DNA from: Phycisphaerales bacterium | GTDB taxonomy: Bacteria; Planctomycetota; Phycisphaerae; Phycisphaerales; UBA5793 | Assembly: GCA_044229655.1 (NCBI GenBank) | Contig: JBGASM010000007.1 | Location: forward strand, 13,458 to 77,457 | DNA: 64,000 bases | Reading direction: 5' to 3' | Shown here: positions 11,812 to 20,214 of the stretch, piece by piece | How the letters are laid out: every line of letters begins with the position of its first letter | How positions within the stretch are numbered: the stretch's first letter is position 1 | Notes under the pieces: generated by a model | Told to the model about the DNA's origin: nothing | What the model saw: the letters and a program-made list of their open reading frames with translations, nothing else | The model's database searches: none | Made by a program: the position numbers and the translations under genes

Positions 11812-12115
11812 TTGACGGGGATGGGTCGGCAGATTTGCCCGGGTCGCAGTTGCGGCCGCAGGGCATCAAAAAAGTCCGCATTCTTTTCACGCATCCGCGT
11901 CTCGGCGGGCGATATGTCCATGTTTGTGGCGTGATTCATCCAACTTTGGCCTTTTTTCCTCGGTTCGGGTTTTTTTCCGCGCTGCACTCGGAACACGCGC
12001 CTCAAATAAGGCGTCCAAGCAAGCGGGAAGTCCCGCAACCGCAATCCCTTCGACGTGCACTTCCAGCCCGTCGGACAACTCATCAGACTCTGTCCGGAAG
12101 GAGAGCCGACAGCGC

Positions 12116-15100
12116 ATGGCGGAGCATCAGTTCGAGACGCGCACCCGACAGGCTGGCCGGCTGGTCAGTCTCTTTCTGCCCTCTGCGGGGCGGTTGGGTG
12201 TCGTTCTGCTGCTGCTTTTCCTGCTCACGCCAGTGAACCTCGCCATGCCGTGGTTCTTCAAGCTGCTCGTCGACGATGTCATCCAGGACCGCAAATTCAC
12301 GCTGCTGGCGCTCATCCTTCCCGGCGTCGCACTCGCTTTTGTCGCTCGCAACGTCCTCTTCTACTACAGCCGAATGATTTCGGTCGCCATCGGGGAAGAC
12401 CTCTGCTTCGATCTGCGCAAGCGGCTCTTTGAACATCTGCAGGCCCTGGGTCTGCCGTTCCATCGCAGCAGCCAGCCCGGCAAGCTCGGCTCGCGCGTCT
12501 TGGACGACACGGTGAAGATCCAGCAGTTCATTCAGGACAAACTTCCCACCCTCGTGGTGAATCTGCTGATGTGCATCGTGCTGATCGGAGTGCTCTACTC
12601 CGTTCATCCGGGGCTGGCCGTCGCAAGCACGATCATCCTTCCCCTCCAGGTCTGGACCTATCGCTACTTCAAGCAGCCCATCAAGCGCTCGTATTCCGAG
12701 GCCCAGGAGCGCCTTTCCGGCGCGTACGGCCATCTCATCGAGAAACTGCTCGGCATGGAGATTGTCAAGGGCTTCACCGCCGAGAAGCGCGAGACGGATG
12801 TATTCCGTGAAGCCATCCATGCCAGTCGCCTGAACCAGATACGTACCCAGAAGTTCGAGTTCACTCAGAAAGTCGCGGCAGACCTGCTCGTCGGCGCCGG
12901 CACCATTGTCCTCTTTTCATACGGGGCATGGCTCGCCATCGAGCAGTACATTCGCCCCGGCGTGTTCGTGATGTTCTACGGATACGTCGTCATGCTGTAT
13001 CCGGCCGTCATCGAAGTCATGACCGGAACCGGTCACCTGTCCAAGGCGACCGCCTCCTTCGAACGCGTATTCACCGTTCTCGACGAGCCTGCCTCTGATG
13101 CCCGCGTCGCCACGTTGGCCGAAGGCGAGTTCAAGGAACCTTCCGTGTGGGCCGGCTGGGTTCAGTTTGAGCACGTCTCCTTCCGCTGCGGCGATGAGCC
13201 CGGCTCACGCGAAATCCTCACCGATCTCTCGTTCTCGATCCGCCCCGGACAGCACGTCGCGCTGGTTGGTCATAGCGGGTCGGGCAAGAGCACGCTGCTG
13301 AGCCTCTTGCCCCGGTTTATCGAACCCACTCAGGGCCGCATCCAGATCGACGGATACAACCTCAAGGAAATTCCCAGCGAAACGCTGCGCCGTGGCATGG
13401 GCGTCGCTTTCCAGGAAGTCTTTTTCTTCAATGCTTCCATCCTGGACAATCTGCTCTACGCCCGTCCGGATGCCACGCTCGCCGAGGTCGAGGAGTCCTG
13501 CCAGATCACCGGCGCCGATGAGTTCATCCGCCGTATGCCCGAGGGATACCAGACTCAGGTCGGGGCCGAAGGTGTTCAACTCTCGCGCGGCGAGAAACAG
13601 CGGCTTGCGCTGGCTCGCTGCCTGCTCAAGAATCCCTCCATGCTCGTTCTCGATGAGGCGACCTCATCGCTTGACGTCGTATCCGCTGTTCGAATCGTTC
13701 GCGAGATGCTCAGGCGAATGAAGGGACGCACTGTCCTGCTCGTGACCCACAAGGCCGAACTCATTCCCCTGTGCGACCGCGTCATCCGGCTGGCGGACGG
13801 CCGCATCGACTTGGACGTGACTTCCCGTGAATACCTCCGGCATGTTCGCGAGGAAGCCCGCGATCGCGACCTTGAGGTGAAGCACGCTACCGCGACGTTG
13901 CCCCTCTTTGACGACTCCGAATCGGCCTCGCCAGAGATCGAGGTGCTCGTGAGCAGCGCCGGCGATCACGAACCCGCGGGCAATGACGACACCGCTCCCC
14001 TGGCCAGGGTCAGTGAAGGGGCGATCGTGGAAGAGCGCGATCTGACCACGCCGCCGCAAGATCCGGCTCCGGAACCCAAGACCCTGAAGATCAAGCCCGC
14101 CGCCGCTGGCGTAATCCTTCTGGCTATTTCTCTTGTCAGTCAGTTCGGGTGCGTGTCCGAGTCGCGTTCTTCCTCGCAGATCGCACTGGAGCAGCCCAAG
14201 GCCAGCGCAGGCTACCTTACCGAGGACGCGACCGATGACGGTTTCGCGCAGCTGGCTCGGTCACTGGCGGAACGCGAGCAATCCGCCGCTATCGCCGCCG
14301 CCACGGCCGCACTCGGATCCCTTCCCGAGTCCACCGATCTTCCCGAGTCGCCTCAGTCTACTGCGGACGTTGCAGCGGACGCGACGACCTCCGGCCCCGA
14401 TCCCGGTCAGTTTCCTGCCAGCGCCGGCGTCATTTTGAATCTCCCCAAACTCAGCAAGCCGGAGATCGAAGAGATCGTTACCGGAGTGGCCCTTCGCCTG
14501 CAAACCGAACTCAGCTACGCGGCCGTCTCCGACTCCCAGTGGGCTCAGCGACTCCCTGCGCCGCCCACAGGCGTCACCTTGCGTGAGACAATTCAGCGTA
14601 CGGTCCCGGAGGGGCAAAGTGTGCTCCGCCTGGGCTATGTCCGCTACCTTTCTCAGACGCCCCAGCTTTGGGCATACGGTGTCACTTTCCCCGGCGATGG
14701 CGCTGCACCGGTCCCGAACCCGGATCTCGCATCCTTGCAGGCTTCTCTTGATTCCACCACTGCGGGCATGGCTGCGATGCGCACCGGCCTGCTTCCGGGC
14801 GAACTCTCTCGCGAGATCATCGAACTCAGTTACGTCGACACCGCGACTGCCGTCGCGGCCCTCAAAGCGCTCGGCGTCAATGCCCTGGCCGACGCCACGC
14901 AGGTGCCGCCCACACTCGAGTTCAATCAACTCCCCCTCGTCGCCGCCATGCCAGGTCCCAAGCCTGAACAGACAGGGCTGGTGGGTGGAAGCGACAATGT
15001 CCGCGATCAGACCGGGCTGGCCATGCTTCCCGCCGTCGGACCCCTGCAGCCGGATGTCATTGGCTCCCCGACCTCAGAGCTTTTGATCGTCTTTCACCCA

Positions 15101-16789
15101 GCCCACGTTGATCAATACGCGCGCGTTCGCGAACTTCTTACCGAGGTGATCGATAAGCCCGCCCGTCAGATCCTCGTCGAAGGTCTGGTCATCGAAATCA
15201 GCGAGCAGGGACTCAAGGACCTCGGAGTCGAGTGGCAGTTCCAGGACGGCACCGTTTCGTTCGTGCTCGGCAAACTCAATGCCGACGCGCTGGGCGACAC
15301 GCTCACCGGCGATTACGACGACTCAGACAATCTCTCCGCAGGCTGGACCGGCAAGATCAGGGCGTTGATTCGTGACGGCAAGGCCCAGGTGCTCTCCCGC
15401 CCCAGCGTGCTCACGCTCAACAACCGTCAGGCCTCCATCCGCGTCGGCCAGGACATTCCCATCGCCACCAGCACCGAGGGCACCGCCGCCAATTCCAATC
15501 GCGTCGCGTTTGCCTTCCGTTACATTCCCACCGGCATCATCCTCAACGTGCGCCCGCGCATCAGCGAAAATGGCAACGATGTGACGATGCTGATCGACAC
15601 CACCGTCTCCGCCACTGTCCCTGGCCAGGACCTCGAGATCCGCTCATCTGACGATGAAATTCTCGCCAGCGCCCCGACGATTTCGACTCGCCGGGTTCAG
15701 ACCTACGGCCGCATACAGAACAACACGCCCTTCATCATCGGCGGGCTTGTCAGTCGCGACCAGACCGTCACCAAGGAGAAAGTTCCCCTCCTCGGCGACC
15801 TTCCTATCGTCGGCCCGGCGTTCCGTGCCGAGAAAACCGAGACTCACAAGCAGGAAGTCATCATCGTCCTTACGCCCTACGTCCTGCCCGACGAAGGCCG
15901 CGCCACGCGCCTGCTCCCCAAGGACACGGAAGCCCGCTTCGACTCCGCCGACAACGAACTTTTCCACGACAGTTACCGCCTCACGTCCGCGGATGTGTTC
16001 GACCTGGCCTTCTTGTTCCGCGATCCCCGTCTGGTTGAGGCCCGGCGCAAGGCCGAGGCCGCCATTGCCGACGATTACCGCCTGGCGTTCCAGCGTCCCT
16101 GGCGCGCCTACGCCGACAACCGCACACCCGGCGAGGCCATCCTCGTCCAGCGCATGATGTACGAAGTCATCAAGCGCCTCAATCTCGAGGAGAAGATCGA
16201 TCCCAGCCGCCTCATCCTGCTCATGGCGCATCAGACCGCTGGCTATGAGGTCGAGTTTCTCGAAGATCTGATGAAGAAGCAGGGCGGCGGAGCAACCTAC
16301 GCCGACTTCTTTGCCCGCAATCCGGGCAAGGCCCTCGCGATCACCTTCAGTCGTTCAGGGCGCGGCGACACCGCAACCCCGCTCCCCCTGGGTCAGGAGC
16401 CCATCCCTCAGGTGCGCGTTTTGGAATGCGCCGACCGTTCCCAGTGGTCCAAACTGCTCTGGGACTTGAATCAGCCGTCCGCCGACGGCCTGCAGCAGTC
16501 CACCGTAATCCTCCAGAACGAGTCCGACATGGTCCGTCTCCGCCGTGCCGCCTTCCTTAAGCGCCTCCTCACGCTCAACGGCGGCGAGTCCGAGGCCCGC
16601 GTCCGCAATTTCAATGTCGGCAAGCAGCTGCTCATCCCCGAACTTGCTCCGGGCCAGACCCTTGTTGTCGACGGTGACGTGGCGACGCTGTTCTTCCGCA
16701 CGGAAATGTACTACCCCGCCGCCCTTCAGGAAATCGAGCAGTCCATCGACGCCATCAACGCGGCCGATGCGCAGCGCAACGGGAAGTGA
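12116..16789 (+). CDS. fusion protein: ABCB-type exporter (TMD+NBD), internal hydrophobic/lipobox-like segment, secretin (GspD/PilQ family), and an unknown C-terminal domain
   Basis: A single open frame (the track ORF is 11924-16789; the first plausible ATG is 12116).
- N-terminal half: six predicted helices of an ABC exporter, then Walker A GHSGSGKST (13268-13294), Q-loop GVAFQE, signature LSRGEKQRL (13580-), Walker B MLVLDEATSSLD and H-loop LVTHK.
- Linker: acidic and Pro-rich, followed by KPAAAGVILLAISLVSQFGC (14093-14152).
- Secretin N-domain-like segments: IIELSYVDTATAVAALKALGV and LLIVFHPAHVDQYARVRELLTEVIDKPARQILVEGLVIEIS.
- Secretin core (15161-15886): GKAQVLSRPSVLTLNNRQASIRVGQDIPIATS...IPTGIILNVRPRISENGNDVTM...TPFIIGGLVSRDQTVTKEKVPLLGDLPIVGPAFR...QEVIIVLTPYVL.
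- About 300 further residues have no motif I recognise. Confidence 0.8.
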   Translation: MAEHQFETRTRQAGRLVSLFLPSAGRLGVVLLLLFLLTPVNLAMPWFFKLLVDDVIQDRKFTLLALILPGVALAFVARNVLFYYSRMISVAIGEDLCFDLRKRLFEHLQALGLPFHRSSQPGKLGSRVLDDTVKIQQFIQDKLPTLVVNLLMCIVLIGVLYSVHPGLAVASTIILPLQVWTYRYFKQPIKRSYSEAQERLSGAYGHLIEKLLGMEIVKGFTAEKRETDVFREAIHASRLNQIRTQKFEFTQKVAADLLVGAGTIVLFSYGAWLAIEQYIRPGVFVMFYGYVVMLYPAVIEVMTGTGHLSKATASFERVFTVLDEPASDARVATLAEGEFKEPSVWAGWVQFEHVSFRCGDEPGSREILTDLSFSIRPGQHVALVGHSGSGKSTLLSLLPRFIEPTQGRIQIDGYNLKEIPSETLRRGMGVAFQEVFFFNASILDNLLYARPDATLAEVEESCQITGADEFIRRMPEGYQTQVGAEGVQLSRGEKQRLALARCLLKNPSMLVLDEATSSLDVVSAVRIVREMLRRMKGRTVLLVTHKAELIPLCDRVIRLADGRIDLDVTSREYLRHVREEARDRDLEVKHATATLPLFDDSESASPEIEVLVSSAGDHEPAGNDDTAPLARVSEGAIVEERDLTTPPQDPAPEPKTLKIKPAAAGVILLAISLVSQFGCVSESRSSSQIALEQPKASAGYLTEDATDDGFAQLARSLAEREQSAAIAAATAALGSLPESTDLPESPQSTADVAADATTSGPDPGQFPASAGVILNLPKLSKPEIEEIVTGVALRLQTELSYAAVSDSQWAQRLPAPPTGVTLRETIQRTVPEGQSVLRLGYVRYLSQTPQLWAYGVTFPGDGAAPVPNPDLASLQASLDSTTAGMAAMRTGLLPGELSREIIELSYVDTATAVAALKALGVNALADATQVPPTLEFNQLPLVAAMPGPKPEQTGLVGGSDNVRDQTGLAMLPAVGPLQPDVIGSPTSELLIVFHPAHVDQYARVRELLTEVIDKPARQILVEGLVIEISEQGLKDLGVEWQFQDGTVSFVLGKLNADALGDTLTGDYDDSDNLSAGWTGKIRALIRDGKAQVLSRPSVLTLNNRQASIRVGQDIPIATSTEGTAANSNRVAFAFRYIPTGIILNVRPRISENGNDVTMLIDTTVSATVPGQDLEIRSSDDEILASAPTISTRRVQTYGRIQNNTPFIIGGLVSRDQTVTKEKVPLLGDLPIVGPAFRAEKTETHKQEVIIVLTPYVLPDEGRATRLLPKDTEARFDSADNELFHDSYRLTSADVFDLAFLFRDPRLVEARRKAEAAIADDYRLAFQRPWRAYADNRTPGEAILVQRMMYEVIKRLNLEEKIDPSRLILLMAHQTAGYEVEFLEDLMKKQGGGATYADFFARNPGKALAITFSRSGRGDTATPLPLGQEPIPQVRVLECADRSQWSKLLWDLNQPSADGLQQSTVILQNESDMVRLRRAAFLKRLLTLNGGESEARVRNFNVGKQLLIPELAPGQTLVVDGDVATLFFRTEMYYPAALQEIEQSIDAINAADAQRNGK

Positions 16790-16846
16790 CCTCGGAACCT
16801 CACCGCTGCAGCAGTGGGGGGGATGCGGTCGATACAATGGGCTTCC

Positions 16847-17842
16847 ATGCTCTTCCCTCAGCACTCGCCCTTTTTCCAAACCAAGCGCATTCTCATCACA
16901 GGCGGCGCAGGCTTCATCGGCTCGCACCTGGCCAATCAACTGGCTGCCCTCGGCGCCCGCGTGCGCGTTCTCGACGACCTCTCATCCGGATTGGAGTCCA
17001 ACTTGGACTCGTCTTCGGGCCGCATCGAACTGGTCCGCGCCTCACTCCTGGATCAAGCCAGTGTGACCTCCGCCTGCCGGGACATCCACATCATTTTTCA
17101 TGAGGCTGCCCTCGCGTCTGTTCCCCACTCCGTCGCCGAGCCGCGACGCTTTCACGAAGTGAACATCAACGGCACCCTGACGCTCCTTGAAGCCGCCCGC
17201 GCATCGCGCGTGCGCCGCATCGTCTTCGCCTCGTCCTCCTCGGTGTACGGCGATCAGCCGCAGCTTCCCAAGCACGAGTCGCAGCTGCCCGACCCTCTCA
17301 GCCCTTACGCCCAGCAGAAACTCGCCGTTGAGCACATGCTCCGCGTCTACGCCCTGTGCTACGCCATGGAGTGCGTCAGCCTGCGCTATTTCAATATCTT
17401 CGGCCCGCGCCAACGCGCCGATTCCGCCTACGCCGCCGTTGTTGCCGCATTCGCCGCTCGCCTCCTCAAGGGTGAGCATTGCCGCATCTTTGGGGACGGC
17501 TCCGCATCGCGCGACTTCACCTACATCGACAACGTCGTGCAGGCCAATCTCCTCGCCGCACTTCGCGGCTGGGATGATCCCGACGCTCACGTTTCGCTGC
17601 TCAAGGGCGGCGCACTCAACATCGGCTGCGGCACTCAGGTGACCGTCCGTGAACTGGCTCAGGTCATGGCGCAGGAAACCGGCGTCCGCACGCCCATCGA
17701 GTTCGGACCGCCTCGGGCCGGCGATGTCCTGCACAGCCATGCGGACATCACCCGCGCCCGCCAGTGGCTGGGCTACGCGCCCACAGTCGGCCTGCGCGAG
17801 GGCCTCTCCCGCACCCTGGCCTGGTACCGCAATCCGGTGTGA
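16847..17842 (+). CDS. NAD-dependent nucleotide-sugar epimerase/dehydratase (extended SDR; WbpP/TviC-like 4-epimerase pattern)
   Basis: Rossmann motif ILITGGAGFIGSHL. Catalytic SSSSVYG...SPYAQQK (YxxxK). LRYFNIFGPRQ and GDGSASRDFTYIDNVVQANLLA are typical of UDP-HexNAc(A) 4-epimerases. The track ORF starts at 16814. The ATG at 16847 gives the usual short N-terminus. Confidence 0.85.
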   Translation: MLFPQHSPFFQTKRILITGGAGFIGSHLANQLAALGARVRVLDDLSSGLESNLDSSSGRIELVRASLLDQASVTSACRDIHIIFHEAALASVPHSVAEPRRFHEVNINGTLTLLEAARASRVRRIVFASSSSVYGDQPQLPKHESQLPDPLSPYAQQKLAVEHMLRVYALCYAMECVSLRYFNIFGPRQRADSAYAAVVAAFAARLLKGEHCRIFGDGSASRDFTYIDNVVQANLLAALRGWDDPDAHVSLLKGGALNIGCGTQVTVRELAQVMAQETGVRTPIEFGPPRAGDVLHSHADITRARQWLGYAPTVGLREGLSRTLAWYRNPV

Positions 17843-17887
17843 TACGCTGACCCGCCCCCCGGCATGCCGCGCTAACCTCCCTCTTCC

Positions 17888-18820
17888 ATGATCAGGGACC
17901 CGCAGCAGCGCGCCGCCAACCGCCGCACTATCTTCATCATCGCAATCATCGTTGCGGCCCTGATGGCCGTACCGGTGACCCTGCGTCTCCTCGTCACTCC
18001 TGCCCCGGAACTCAATCGCACCGCCCGCGAACTCCTTCCCCCGGAGGCCTCACGCACCGAAGTCATCACGCTCTACGCCGGTTCGACACCCTGGCGGGAC
18101 GCCGTTGCGGCAACGCTGCCCGCATACGCCTCAGCAATTGAGCGCTCCTACGGGGCGCGCCCCCCTCGGGGCCGCTCCTATGTTCCCGTCGAAGGCGTGC
18201 TCTTTGACCAGGAGGATGATTTCCGTCAGGCATGGACGCAGATCTTTGGCCGTGATGATCGCGCTCCCGGCCAGGTGGCCATCGGTCGGGATCGGTTCTT
18301 TTTGTACTACGTCGGCCTGGAGGGCGCTGAAGGCGCACGGCAGATTACACCCCGCCAGATCGCCGATGTCGCACACTGCTTCGGCTCGGCCGTCATGGAG
18401 CAATACCTCGGTGAGCGATATCGCTATGTGCCAATTTGGTACCGTGAAATCGGTTCGGAGATGGCCGCCGTTGCGGTCATGCCCGAAATCGTGAATGATG
18501 CGTGGCGAGTGCTTCTGACCGATGCTGCCGGCTCCCCGGTGGCCGCCGCGGAGGCGCCCGGCCTCATACCTGCCCCGGCCGCGTTTCAGGCTGCGCTTGA
18601 AAAGTGGCCCCTCGCTCCTCGCGACAACGCGCTGGTGACAATCATCGCGGGGGTCAATCTTGATGGACTGCGCGCCCCCGATTGGATCGCACTGGTCGAT
18701 TCCGGCAACGACGTGGAAACCACGGTTCGCGCCGTATGGGGACGCTCCTGGGATGAACTCTTCGCGCTGCTCCGTCAGGAGGCCGCACGCCGCGCCACCG
18801 CCCTCCGCGCCCGGCAGTAG
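17888..18820 (+). CDS. hypothetical membrane-anchored protein
   Basis: 310-aa ORF with an N-terminal TM helix (IFIIAIIVAALMAVPVTL). It has coding-like high-GC third positions and is co-directional with, and close to, the two preceding genes. I recognise no family motif. Confidence 0.4.
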   Translation: MIRDPQQRAANRRTIFIIAIIVAALMAVPVTLRLLVTPAPELNRTARELLPPEASRTEVITLYAGSTPWRDAVAATLPAYASAIERSYGARPPRGRSYVPVEGVLFDQEDDFRQAWTQIFGRDDRAPGQVAIGRDRFFLYYVGLEGAEGARQITPRQIADVAHCFGSAVMEQYLGERYRYVPIWYREIGSEMAAVAVMPEIVNDAWRVLLTDAAGSPVAAAEAPGLIPAPAAFQAALEKWPLAPRDNALVTIIAGVNLDGLRAPDWIALVDSGNDVETTVRAVWGRSWDELFALLRQEAARRATALRARQ

Positions 18821-18843
18821 TCGCACCCGTCGCCCCGAATCCC

Positions 18844-20076
18844 TTACTTCAATGCTTTGCGCAGCGCATCGGCCCGGTCGGTCCGCTCCCACGAAAAACC
18901 GCCGTCCCGCTCAGGCGTGCGCCCGAAGTGGCCGCCGGTCGCAGTGCGCAGGTAGATCGGCTGGCGCAGCTTCAGGTGGTCAATGATCCCGCGTGGTGTC
19001 AGCGGGAATATGTCGCGCACCGCTGCCGCGATCTTCGCGTCTTCCACCTCTGCCGTGTTGAATGTGTCCACATACACGCTCACCGGCTCGGCCACTCCGA
19101 TCGCATAGGACACCTGGACCTCGCATTGGTCGGCCAGGCCCGCCGCCACGATGTTCTTGGCGATGTACCGGCACATGTAGCACGCGGAGCGATCCACTTT
19201 GGATGGGTCTTTGCCCGAAAATGCGCCGCCCCCGTGTCGCCCGCGGCCTCCGTACGTGTCCACGATGATCTTCCGCCCCGTCAGCCCGGTGTCTCCCGTC
19301 GGCCCGCCGATCTCAAATCGCCCCGTCGGGTTGACGTGGCACACAATGTCGCTGTTCCACCACTTCGTACCCAGCACCGGCTTGATGATGTGCTGCATCA
19401 CCAGGTCGCGCAGCTCCGGCTGCGCCTTGCCAGGCGACCATTGCGGACCGTGCTGCGTAGACAGCACCACCGCATCCACTCGCACCGGCACCCCGCGATC
19501 GTCATATTCAACAGTGACTTGGCTCTTCGCGTCCGGACGCAGATTGGGAATGATCCCTTTCCGCCGGACTTCCGCCTGACGCTCTGTCAGCCGGTGCGCC
19601 AGATCAATGGGCAGCGGCATCAGCGCGTCCGTCTCCCGGCAGGCGAATCCGAACATCATGCCCTGGTCGCCCGCACCGCCCGTGTCCACACCCATTGAGA
19701 TATCTGCTGACTGCTGCCCGATCGCCACCAGCACAGCGCACGTCTTGGCCGCAAATCCCGTTTCCGGATCGGTGTAGCCGATTCCCTCGACCGTCTTGCG
19801 CACTATCGCGGGAATCTCGACATACGCGTTCGTCGTGATTTCCCCCGCCACGACGGCCATTCCTGTGGCTACCAAGGTCTCGCACGCTACACGCGCCGTG
19901 GCATCCTGCGCCAGGATCGCATCCAGCACCGCATCGGAAATCTGGTCCGCGATCTTGTCCGGATGGCCGCACGAGACCGATTCCGAAGTAAAGAGCCGGC
20001 CCGTCGCGTTCCGTTTTCCGTTCGCGGCTCGGCCCTGAGCCTGTGACTTCAGCGTTGTTTTCGTCTTTTTTGGCAT
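18844..20076 (-). CDS. metK: S-adenosylmethionine synthetase
   Basis: [45 protein letters not shown] and the rest are colinear with MetK. A Lys-rich N-terminal extension of about 30 aa is present. The start is either the ATG at 20076 or at 20115. Confidence 0.95.
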   Translation of the reverse strand: MPKKTKTTLKSQAQGRAANGKRNATGRLFTSESVSCGHPDKIADQISDAVLDAILAQDATARVACETLVATGMAVVAGEITTNAYVEIPAIVRKTVEGIGYTDPETGFAAKTCAVLVAIGQQSADISMGVDTGGAGDQGMMFGFACRETDALMPLPIDLAHRLTERQAEVRRKGIIPNLRPDAKSQVTVEYDDRGVPVRVDAVVLSTQHGPQWSPGKAQPELRDLVMQHIIKPVLGTKWWNSDIVCHVNPTGRFEIGGPTGDTGLTGRKIIVDTYGGRGRHGGGAFSGKDPSKVDRSACYMCRYIAKNIVAAGLADQCEVQVSYAIGVAEPVSVYVDTFNTAEVEDAKIAAAVRDIFPLTPRGIIDHLKLRQPIYLRTATGGHFGRTPERDGGFSWERTDRADALRKALK

Positions 20077-20214
20077 GGGAGCGGTTGCTGCTGGTGCTGC
20101 GGAACTGGCGCACATGTGATGAATTTCCCTCTCGGATCATCCGTCAATCCGGATGAATTTGGCCTGCGGGTCGCCCTTGGGCAGGAGGGTAGGCCAATGT
20201 CGGCCTCTGAGGTT

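Noticed and set aside
11812-12115. Lower-GC, T-tract-rich 300 nt after tRNA-Arg, considered as an integration scar or att site marking a genomic island that carries the ABC-secretin gene.
   Set aside because: I found no integrase gene and no direct repeat of the tRNA-Arg 3' end within the window. It may simply be the promoter/leader region.
20116-20214. Possible SAM riboswitch in the leader of metK.
   Set aside because: Only about 100-140 nt are available. I see two short hairpins (AGGCC...GGCCT and CATCCG...CGGATG) but none of the conserved SAM-I or SAM-II core elements I can recall. A covariance-model scan (Rfam SAM families) would be needed to decide.
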